Source: Candidatus Saccharimonadota bacterium
GTDB taxonomy: Bacteria > Patescibacteriota > Gracilibacteria > BD1-5 > UBA6164
DNA: 32,000 bases
Direction: 5' to 3'
Assembly (NCBI GenBank): GCA_963677765.1
Contig: OY782392.1
Span: 900,001-932,000, forward strand
Translations under genes and position numbers: made by a program
Part shown: positions 22,346 through 31,489 of the stretch, piece by piece
Layout of the letters: the number at the start of each line of letters is the position of its first letter
Numbering within the stretch: position 1 is the stretch's first letter
Notes under the pieces: generated by a model
What the model saw: the letters and a program-made list of their open reading frames with translations, nothing else
What the model was told of the DNA's origin: nothing
Databases searched by the model: none

Positions 22346-23185
22346 ATGATAAAAAAACTAAAGAAATTATTTAAGTATGATAAATCAGAATATGAAAATA
22401 TTTTGGATGACCCTAATTCAAAATTAGGGAAATTTTTGGATACTTTTATATTGTCTTTGGTTCTGATATTTCCATTGGTTTTGATATTTGAAAGTATCTG
22501 ATCAAATGCTATAGCTTATGAAAAACAAATATTTGTTTTTGATTTTTTTATATCTTTGGTTTTTGCTTTAGAATATATATATAGATTAATAAGAGCTAAA
22601 AATTGATTAAAGTTTATAATTACTCCTATTAGAATTATTGATTTGCTTTCTTTTTTACCTTTCTTCTTATGACTTTTTACATGAGGATTATTCAAGATTT
22701 TAAAAGTATTAAGAATTCTTAGAATTTTTAGACTTTTAAAAAGAATACCATTAACATCAGGTTTTATAAACTCACTAAAAAGTTATGCAGATGAATATTT
22801 AGCTGTGTTTACTTTGTATTTTGTAGTTTTATTTATATGTTCTTTTTTGGTATATTTCTTTGAGAGTAGTATTCCAGGGAGTGATTTTACATCTATTCCT
22901 CAAGCTCTTTGGTGGTGAATAGTTACAACTGCTACAGTTTGATATTGAGATATTGTACCTGTTACTTTGTATTGAAAAATAATATGATCTGTACTTGTTT
23001 TTTTATGACCGTTACTTTGATGACTTATTTCGGCAGTTACTATTATGGTTTTTATGGAAACATCAAAAGAGCATGATAAGCTTAGAGATGAATCAAAAAG
23101 AAGAAAAATTTGTTCTAGATGTAAAACTAGAAACCCTAAAAAAGCAAACTACTGTATGAAATGCTGACAAAAATTTTTAAATTAA
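22346..23185 (+). CDS. Voltage-gated-type (6TM) potassium channel with C-terminal zinc-ribbon
   Basis: 279 aa, every codon checked. S4-like LKVLRILRIFRLLKR; pore ALWWGIVTTATVGYGD, with both filter glycines as TGA (22940-22942, 22946-22948) and TGG-TGG-TGA at 22910-22918. Tail is CSRCKTRNPKKANYCMKCG. Confidence 0.85.
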
Positions 23186-23212
23186 AATAGCTTAAATATA
23201 AGCTATTTTTTC
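23184..23212 (+). terminator. Rho-independent terminator after the channel gene
   Basis: aaaatagctta / aata / taagctatttt followed by a T-run. Confidence 0.7.
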
Positions 23213-23278
23213 TTTACAAAAAAATAAATACTCATATTATAAAAAACATAATTAATTGATTATTAAAAAAAATAAAAA

Positions 23279-25015
23279 ATGAAACAAAAATTTTATATAA
23301 CAACTCCTATATATTACTGAAACTGATTACCTCATGTAGGTCATTTTTATACTTCTAGTATTGCAAATATTATTTATAAATATCACAAAATATCATGAGA
23401 AGATTCTAGATTTACTACTGGTATTGATGAGAATAGCCAAAAAGCAGTTATAAAAGCTGAAGAAGCAAATATGTGAATAATGGAATATTTAGATCATATG
23501 GCTTTTGAACATAAAAAAGTATGGGATCATTTTAATTTTGATTATACTGATTTTATTAGAACTACTAGTGATAGACATCATAAATTAGTAAGAGATGTGT
23601 TAGCTCATTGTCATGATAAATGAGATATATATGAAGGTGAATATGAATGAATGTATTGTGTATGATGTGAAAGCTTCAAAAAAGATGAAGACTTAGTATA
23701 TATGAATAAAACTACTGGAGAAACTTTTCCTATAACTGACAAAGTTAAGCCTAGTGATAATATTATAAAAGTATGTCCTGATCACTTAAAAGCACCTGAC
23801 CAAATAAAAGAAAAAAATTATTTTTTCAAACTTTCAAAATATCAAACTTGGTTAGAAGAATTTTATGAAGCTAATCCTAGTTTTGTAAATCCTGATTTTA
23901 GATACAATGAAGTAAAAGCATTTGTTTCTAGAGGATTAGAAGATTTTTCTATATCAAGAGAAACTAATAGTTTTGGTATACCTTTACCATTTGATGAATC
24001 ACAAGTTACTTATGTTTGGTTTGACGCATTATTTAACTATTATACAAGTTGTAAATATAGTAGATGATGAGATAAAAATAATGAGAATTTTATAGATGAG
24101 TCAGATTTTTGGATTAAAAAAGATAACTCTTCAAAGGTGATGCATTGTGTTTGAAAAGATATTATAAGATTCCATGCTATATTTTGGCCAGCTATGTTAG
24201 CTTCATATTTTGACTTAGGTAAAGAAGTAAATTGAGTTATTCATTTTGATAAAGAAAAAGATTTTTCATATTTACCAGATCAAATATTAACATGATGATT
24301 TTTTACTGTAGATGGTAAAAAAATGAGTAAATCTTTATGAAATGTTATTGAGCCTATTGAGTATAGTGATAAATATAATAAAGAATTATTAACTCTTTAT
24401 ATGTTATCAGCTTTTACTATAGGTAGAGATTGAGATTATGATAGAAAAGATGCTATTTTGAATTATAATTCAAAAATGGCTAATAATTTCTGAAACTTAT
24501 TAAATAGAGCAGTTGTTCTTACTATGAAAATGGATTTAGCTGATTGATTGTTTTCTGAATTATCAAGTGAATTTTCAGATGATAATAGTTATGATTTAAA
24601 TATTGAATGAAATGAAATTATAGAATTTAATTGATCACTTAATTGATATAACTATTACTTTTCAAAATTTATGTCTGAAAATAATCTAAAATGAGCTTTA
24701 GATTTAACATTTAAGTTTCTTGATAGTTTAAATAATTATGTTACAAAAAAAGAACCTTGGACATTGATGAAAGATGACTCAAAAATAGAAGAAGTAAAAG
24801 AAATAATGTATACTATCTGTGAATGATTGAGACAAGTTTCTTTAAATCTTTATCCATTTTTTTCAGAAAAAATGATTCAAGTATTAAAAGCTTTAGGTTT
24901 AGATTATTATACTAGATTAGAAGCTTGAGAATTTAATGATATAAGAAATGAAAAACCTAGTTTTATTATAAAAGAAAAAGCACCTATTTTATTTGAAAAA
25001 TTTGATGTAGAATAA
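23279..25015 (+). CDS. metG: Methionine--tRNA ligase
   Basis: 578 aa. Motifs: TTPIYYGNGLPHVGH (TGA at 23318-23320 and 23324-23326), zinc knuckle CVGCE...CPDH, and KMSKS (GKKMSKSLGN). The track ORF 23702..24067 is in frame. Confidence 0.95.
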
Positions 25016-25016
25016 T

Positions 25017-25301
25017 ATGATTACTATAAAAAATGCTTCTTGAGAAGTTATAAAAACTATTGAAGCTGATTTAACAAAAACTTTATTAAAACAATTGGAA
25101 GCAGAATGAGTATCAATGGCTGCCGCTTGTTATACTGGTATATGTTGAGCATGTATGTGTCAAATAGAGGATGGTGAAGAAAATATAAATAAATCATTTA
25201 GATGAGAACCATGATTCCCTTTGGGTAATGATGAGGTTATGACATGTATAGCATGAGTAAAAGACAAAGATAAAGATATTGTTTTAAAAACTATATATTA
25301 A
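25017..25301 (+). CDS. Plant-type [2Fe-2S] ferredoxin
   Basis: 94 aa starting 1 nt after the metG stop. ACYTGICGACMC (Cx4Cx2C) plus a distal MTCIA Cys form the classic 2Fe-2S ligand pattern. Confidence 0.8.
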
Positions 25302-25333
25302 AAAAAAGAGACTTTTTTAAAAGGTCTCTTTTA
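25302..25333. terminator. Bidirectional terminator (ferredoxin / small membrane protein convergent pair)
   Basis: aaaagagacttt / tta / aaaggtctctttt. It overlaps the minus-strand stop at 25331-25333. Confidence 0.75.
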
Positions 25334-25654
25334 TCTTCTTCTAGGTCTACCAGAATAATCCATTGTTTTTGGGTCATCTAGATATTCCTCAACATATTTT
25401 TTTTCATCATCACTTAGATTTTCATAATTATCTATCATTTCTTGAACACTATAATATTTATGAGCTTTGTTTTTTTCATTTCTTCTTATCATAAATATTA
25501 ATATTGCTATTAAAACAACATCAACAATTCCAGAAACATATAGAGAAATTTGTGTATCATTGATAATGAAACCATTAACTATAATAAATGTTATTCCATA
25601 TATAATAAGTAAAATAATTATTAATAGAAATAATCCTTCCATAGCTTTTGCCAT
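25331..25654 (-). CDS. Small membrane protein (2 predicted TM helices, charged tail), function unknown
   Basis: 107-aa ORF from the track with no TGA. GLFLLIIILLIIYGITFIIV and VSGIVDVVLIAILIFMI are followed by an acidic/basic tail. AAGGA lies about 8 nt upstream of the ATG, one of the few SD-like sites in the window. Confidence 0.6.
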   Translation of the reverse strand: MAKAMEGLFLLIIILLIIYGITFIIVNGFIINDTQISLYVSGIVDVVLIAILIFMIRRNEKNKAHKYYSVQEMIDNYENLSDDEKKYVEEYLDDPKTMDYSGRPRRR

Positions 25655-25720
25655 AATTTATCCTTTTGTTTTTATTTTTGTACAAATTATATTAACTATA
25701 AAATAATTATTTGTCAAATT

Positions 25721-25745
25721 AAAAGTATGACTAAGTCATACTTTT
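25721..25745. promoter_or_regulatory. Perfect 11-bp inverted repeat (candidate operator or orphan terminator)
   Basis: aaaagtatgac / taa / gtcatactttt sits in the divergent intergenic region, about 77 nt upstream of the RHH-domain gene. A T-rich stretch follows on the + strand. Confidence 0.4.
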
Positions 25746-25821
25746 TTATTTTTTACTTTGATTTTGTTTTATTAATTATTATATTTAGCTTTGTTACAAA
25801 TATTTATTTAAATATTTATTT

Positions 25822-26643
25822 ATGATAAATAAAGAAAAAATAGCTATTTCTATAGATAGTGTGCTTTTGGAAAAAATAGATGAAAAAGTTGATAAAATCA
25901 ATTTTAAAAGTAGATCAAATGTTATAGAAAGTCTTATAAGAGAGTGATTAAAACTAAAAGAAGATATTTGATGACTTATAATTGCAAATGATAATAATTG
26001 GAATGATAGTGAGTATCCTTTGGATATACCAAAATGTCTTATTGAAATAGATTGAGTTACTATACTGGAGAAAAATATAAGTATATTAAGAAAATCAAAT
26101 ATAAATAATATATATATCGCTATATGACATAAAAAACAAATGATAATAGATTTCTTAAAAAGAAAGTGACTATATGATAAAGTTAATCTTTTAGAATTTA
26201 ATTCTTCAGATATGACTTGAAAAGTTGTTTATGATTCAAAGTTATTTCAAAAATATAATAAATTAGTTGTATTTTTATGAGATAATTATCATCATGATTT
26301 TAATTTATTAGATTTTATCTATTACCATAATACTAGTAATACTCATTTATCTGTAGTTGTTCAACCTATTGATGCATCAAAGTGATATTGAAATATAAAA
26401 CTAGAGTGAAATAATATAGTTAGGTTTGTAGAAAAACCAGCTACAAAAGAAGATATTTCTTTTATAGTTAATACTGGTATCTATTTGATAGATTCAAAAG
26501 TAATTCCAGAAAATAAATGAAACTCAAAACTTGAAACTGATTTTTTTCCTGATTATGTTCAATCAAATAAATCAAAAGCTTATTTTCATAATTGAAAATG
26601 GTTTCATATGCAAGATAACAAAACATTAAATTTATTTAAATAA
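25822..26643 (+). CDS. Ribbon-helix-helix (CopG/NikR-like) domain fused to a nucleotidyltransferase-like domain with a degenerate active-site loop
   Basis: 273 aa, every codon checked. The N-terminus KEKIAISIDSVLLEKIDEKVDKINFKSRSNVIESLIREGLK follows an RHH pattern. The remainder aligns by eye to sugar-1-phosphate nucleotidylyltransferases (DIPKCLIEIDG, FLGDN, GYGNI, RFVEKP, NTGIY, ETDFFP). LIIANDNNWND replaces the usual LAGGxGTRL loop. Confidence 0.7.
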
Positions 26644-26655
26644 TATAAAAATATT

Positions 26656-27072
26656 ATGACAAATATAAATATAGCTAGCAATGAAAATTTTATAACAGAA
26701 GATGATGTATATTTACATACATATAATACAAGATTGCAAAATCTTTTTGTGTATATATCAGAATTAACATCTATCGATATTAGTCATAAGGTAATAATGG
26801 ATAACTTTAGCTTTTGAGATTATACTATAGATGCTTTCAATTGAGAACATATGGATTATTTTCTTGATACTAATTCAAGCTGATACGAAGTTTTTTCTGA
26901 GTTTAAGCCAGAGGATTTAATAAATGAATCAAATATTGAGATATTAAATCATATAATGACTTGAGAATTAAGAGTAGCTTTTATTGATAATTATGAAAAA
27001 ATATTACTTTTGAATAAAACGATAAAAACAAAAACTAGTGAAAATGTTGCAGAAATTTTATATCTAAATTAA
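26656..27072 (+). CDS. Hypothetical acidic protein (138 aa)
   Basis: Open frame with 4 in-frame TGA, every codon checked. It lies 12 nt after the preceding stop and ends 8 nt before galU. I recognise no motif. Confidence 0.55.
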
Positions 27073-27080
27073 TTATAACT

Positions 27081-27953
27081 ATGTCTAAAGTAAAAAAATG
27101 TGTTATTCCAGCTGCTGGTATGTGAACTAGATTTTTACCAGCAAGTAAAGCTCTTCCAAAAGAAATGTTTCCTATAATAGATAAACCTGTTATGCAATTA
27201 TTGGTTGAAGAAGCAATTAGTGCATGATGTAATGATATTATTATTGTTACAGGTAGAAACAAAAGAGCTATTGAAGATCATTTTGATTCAAATTTTGAGC
27301 TTGAAAAAAAATTAGAATCATCTAATAAATTTGAAAGCCTTGAAAAAGTAAAAATGCTTAATTCTATGGCAAATATTTCATATATAAGACAACCATATCC
27401 AAGATGAGATTGAGAAGCTATATTGAGAGCTAAAAATTTTTTATGAAATGAACCATTTTTAGTTTTATTTTGAGATGATATTATTGATTGAGAGAAAACT
27501 GCTGCTCAACAATTAGTTGAAGCATATAATAGAAAAAACTGTCCTGTAATTGCTACTATTCCTGTTAGTGATGAAGAAGTTTCTAGTTATTGAGTTATAG
27601 AAACAAGTCTTAGAGATGGTAAAAGCTTTGTTGTAGATAGATTTTTGGAAAAGCCTAATGCGAATGAAACAAAATCTAGAAATTGAGTAGTAGGGAAATA
27701 TGTATTAAATAGTGATATTTTTCCATACTTAGAAGATGCAGCATCAAAAAAAGTTAGTTGAGAAATAAGACTTGCTGATGCTTTTGAAATGATGAGAAAA
27801 GACAAAGATATATATTGATTAAATATAGAATGAGATAGATTTGATACTTGAAGTAAAATCTGATTTTTAAAAGCAACTATAGCTTTTTGATTGAAAAATA
27901 ATGAATTAAAAGATGAATTAAGAAATTATATAAAAAGTTTAAATATAAAATAA
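27081..27953 (+). CDS. galU: UTP--glucose-1-phosphate uridylyltransferase
   Basis: 290 aa, every codon checked. Motifs: [22 protein letters not shown] (Gly = TGA 27123-27125), [24 protein letters not shown], and GDRFDTGSKIGFLKA. Confidence 0.92.
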
Positions 27954-27954
27954 T

Positions 27955-29238
27955 ATGATTAAATTAGATTTAAAAAATTTGCTTTTTCCTATTGGTTTTT
28001 TAAACCTAAAATATTGATATAAAGCAAGACAATCTATTAGATGAATAAAGCAAAAACATGAACTAGGTCAATTATGATTTATAGATTTAGATATAAATAA
28101 TGATATAGAAAAAATAAATGATTTTGTATCAAAAACAAAAAATAAATACGATGATGTTGTTGTTTTGTGAATATGATGAAGTGCTTTATGAACTCGTAGT
28201 ATATTTACTGCTTTGAAATGAAAATATTACAATTTATTATCAAAAGAAAAAAGAAACAATTTTCCAAAACTACATATATTAGATAATGTTGATCCTATAG
28301 AAATAGATCAGTTAATAAATATTTTGGATTATAAAAAAACACTTTTTATAGTTATATCAAAATCATGATGAACATTGGAAACAATATCTCAGTTTCAATT
28401 TTTTAAAAATCAGTTAGAAAATATTTGAATCGATTATAGAAATCATTTTGTAGTTGTTGCATGAGAAGATTCTATCTTTAAAAAAGAATGTCTAAAAAAA
28501 TGATTAGAAGTTTTTGATATACCAAATAATGTTGGTTGAAGATTTTCTGTTTTTACAAATGTTTGATTATTACCATTAGCTTTTGTTTGAATAGATATAA
28601 AATGATTACTCTCATGAGTAACAAAAAGTAAAAAATCATACTTAGATGAAGATATGATGAATAATCAAGCTCTTTTAACTTCACTAATACAATACCATTC
28701 ATATATAGAATTGTGAAAAAATATTACAGTCTTTTTTCCATATATATCAAACTTTAATTATTTATGACAATGGTATAAACAAATGATTTGAGAAAGTCTT
28801 TGAAAGTGATGAATTTGAGTTACTCTTTCTGACTCTATATGAGTAACTGATCAACATAGTCAATTACAATTATACTATGATTGACCAAATGATAAGCTTA
28901 TAATGTTTTTGGAGTTAGAAGATTTCCAAGTTGATTATGATATATGTTGTAATGAGAAATTTAGTTTTTCAAATTTGATGCATACAGAAAAATATTGAAC
29001 AGAAACATCTATAACTGAATACAATAAAATTAATTATACTTTGAAACTAGATAAATTAAATGAAGAAACTCTTTGAGAACTTATATTATTCTTTGAGTTT
29101 CAAACAGCTATATTATGAGAACTTTATGGATTTGATGCTTTTGATCAACCAGGAGTTGAAATATGAAAAAAGATAACAAAACAAAGGCTTATAGAAAATA
29201 TTTGAAAAATTGAGCTTTTAGAATGAAAAATTAACTAA
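27955..29238 (+). CDS. pgi: Glucose-6-phosphate isomerase (short bacterial/archaeal type)
   Basis: 427 aa, every codon checked; by hand count 33 in-frame TGA against 5 GGN. Motifs: VVVLGIGGSALGTRS, ISKSGGTLET, VGGRFSVFT, and DQHSQLQLYYDGPND. It starts 1 nt after the galU stop. Confidence 0.9.
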
Positions 29239-29244
29239 AATAAA

Positions 29245-30393
29245 ATGAAAGAACAAATTAAAATAACTACTATATGATGATGAAATTGACAATCAAATTT
29301 ACTTGATTGACTTAATAGTTACTTTTGAGATGAAGTAAAAATCTCATCTATAGTATCTATGAGTGATGACTGAAGAACTACTTGAGTTTTGATGAAGGCT
29401 TTCAATGATAAACTAAATATACATCTACCTCCTCCATGAGATGTTAGAAGATGTTTATTCTCTTTATCAAAAAGTAAATACAAAGAACAATTTCAAATTT
29501 ATTTTGAACAAGAAATAACTTTGGATTGAGATATAAAAGATTTTAGTATAAAAGATATTTTATTATCACTTGATTCATCAAATGATTTTATAGAATATAT
29601 TTCTAGAGAAAAAAAAGACTTTTTAGATTTTTTTATACCTTTGGGTATAAAAATTAAATGACATAAATTTTGAAATATATTAATGGCATCACTTTTTTAT
29701 AACTATAATCAGGATTATGATAAAATGTTGGATTTTTTACATAATATGATGGAAGTTTGATGAAAAATAATACCAGTAACTATAAAAAGAGCATATATAA
29801 AAGCTATTTTATGAAACTGAGATGTTATTGAAAAACAAGATAATATATCTAATGTTGCTAATTATAATTCATGAATATCAGATCTTCGTTTGATGGATTG
29901 TTCTATTGATGCAGATCATACAAAACAAGTACATGATGCTATTGTTGAATCTAATTACTTGATAATTTGACCTTGAGATTTATATACTTCTATTATTTCA
30001 AATTTTATAATTTGATGAGTTAAGGATTCAGTTAATGATTCTGTTTCAAAGATTATATATATTTGAAACTCAACAAATAAATGATGAGAAACAACATGAC
30101 TTACACAACTTGATTTTTTAAACAAAATAGAGCTGTTTTTATGAAAAAAAGTTGATTATTTTGTTTTAAATAATTCAAAACCTAGTCTTAGTGATGATGA
30201 AAAAGAAGTTTTTAAAAATGATATATCTGTAAAATGATGAGATTATTTATTTTTATCAGATATAGAAAGAGAAGAATTATCTAGAAGATGAGTTAATGTA
30301 TTAGAAACTGATTTATTGTGAGATAATAAGACTTATAAATATGATAAGAAAAAAATAGTAGAATCATTATCTAAAATAATTTTTAATAAATAA
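29245..30393 (+). CDS. yvcK: YvcK/CofD-like (UPF0052) gluconeogenesis / cell-envelope factor
   Basis: 382 aa, every codon checked. Motifs: TTIGGGNG (TGA x3 at 29275-29283 plus 29287-29289), SMSDDGRTTGVL, GHKFGNILMA, and IIGPGDLYTSIISN. Confidence 0.88.
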
Positions 30394-30395
30394 AT

Positions 30396-30740
30396 ATGTA
30401 TATATTTTTGCACAATTCTAGATGTAGTAAATCTAGAGAAGCTCTAAAAATAATGGAAAAATCAAAAAAGAAATATACTCTTAGAGAATATTTAAAAAAT
30501 CCATTAGATCTTGATGAATTAATTTCTTTGCAAGAAAAACTTTGATTGAGAGCTATTGAGTTTACAAGAATACAAGAAACAGAATTTAAACAATCAAATT
30601 TAACAAAAGAATCTAGTGATATAGAAATACTAAAAGCTATGAGTAAATATCCAAAACTAATGGAAAGAGCTATTGTTTATAACGATAATTCTGCTATAGT
30701 ATGTAGACCTGTTGAAAAACTTAATGATTATTTAAAATAA
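30396..30740 (+). CDS. ArsC/YfgD-family (glutaredoxin-fold) reductase-like protein
   Basis: 114 aa: MYIFLHNSRCSKSREALKIM...LMERAIVY..AIVCRP. The HN(P/S)RCSKSR motif is typical of the ArsC family. It starts 2 nt after the yvcK stop, and the track ORF 30546..30740 is in frame. Confidence 0.8.
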
Positions 30741-30744
30741 TTAT

Positions 30745-30779
30745 AAAAAAATAACTTTGCATTTGCTAGTTATTTTTTT
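30745..30779 (+). terminator. Rho-independent terminator ending the galU-pgi-yvcK operon
   Basis: aaaaaataact / ttgcatttgct / agttatttttt followed by a T-run. Confidence 0.55.
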
Positions 30780-30812
30780 ATTATATAGTTAATAAAATTA
30801 ATACTTATAAAT

Positions 30813-31211
30813 ATGAATATATTTTCATGAAATATTACTCTAGATGGTAATAAAAAAATAGACTTAGATTTTGATTATATAGAAAGTATTTCAAAATCTG
30901 GGAATAAAATATTATTTGTTTTTTGAGAAACTGAATTAAAAACAAAAAATGAATTAATATCTAGCTTAGAAAAATCTGTTTGAAAGATAATTAACTATGA
31001 TATATCTATTAGTAGTGAATCAAAAATAGATATTTTGAATTCTGCATATGAAGAATGAATTTATGAAATAGCTAGTTTTGAGTGAGAAGAAGTTACTTTT
31101 GATGAAATAGTAGATAGATTTAAAAACTTTGAAGAAGTTATATCTGTAAGAGAATCAGAAATTTCTCAAAAGTTTTGAAATAAAACAATAAAAGTAGATT
31201 TTGTATATTAA
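30813..31211 (+). CDS. Hypothetical protein (132 aa)
   Basis: Open frame with several in-frame TGA, ATG 30813 to TAA 31209-31211. No recognisable motif and no TM segment. Confidence 0.5.
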
Positions 31212-31230
31212 TAATTAAGATAAATAAAAA

Positions 31231-31488
31231 ATGATAAATATAGTATATTCTGATATGTGTCCTTATTGTGATATGGCTAAATCTTTACTTGATTCTCTAT
31301 GAATAGAGTATAATGGTATTGATTATACATGACAATTTGATAAAGTAGTCGAATTAGCATGAGTTACTTGAATGAGAACTATACCTCAAATCTTTAATTG
31401 AGATGTTTCAAGAGAAAATCTTATTTGAGGATATACTGAGTTAAAACAGTTAGTTGATGAATGAAAATTAGAAGATTTATTAAAATAA
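31231..31488 (+). CDS. Glutaredoxin (CPYC type)
   Basis: 85 aa, every codon checked. Active site SDMCPYCDMAK, then TIPQIFNGD and GGYTEL, which are canonical Grx motifs. Confidence 0.85.
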
Positions 31489-31489
31489 T

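Noticed and set aside
1755-27805. Other track ORFs: 1755..1970(-), 2596..2811(-), 3998..4282(-), 6414..6611(+), 12171..12374(+), 15617..15820(-), 18566..18763(-), 25467..25706(+), 27035..27262(-), 27587..27805(-).
   Set aside because: Each is antisense to a long table-25 frame encoding a recognisable protein (hemW, gatB, the membrane protein, the ATPase, the pilin, the PP-loop protein, the PBP, the small membrane protein, galU). Long antisense ORFs are expected by chance when stops are limited to TAA/TAG.
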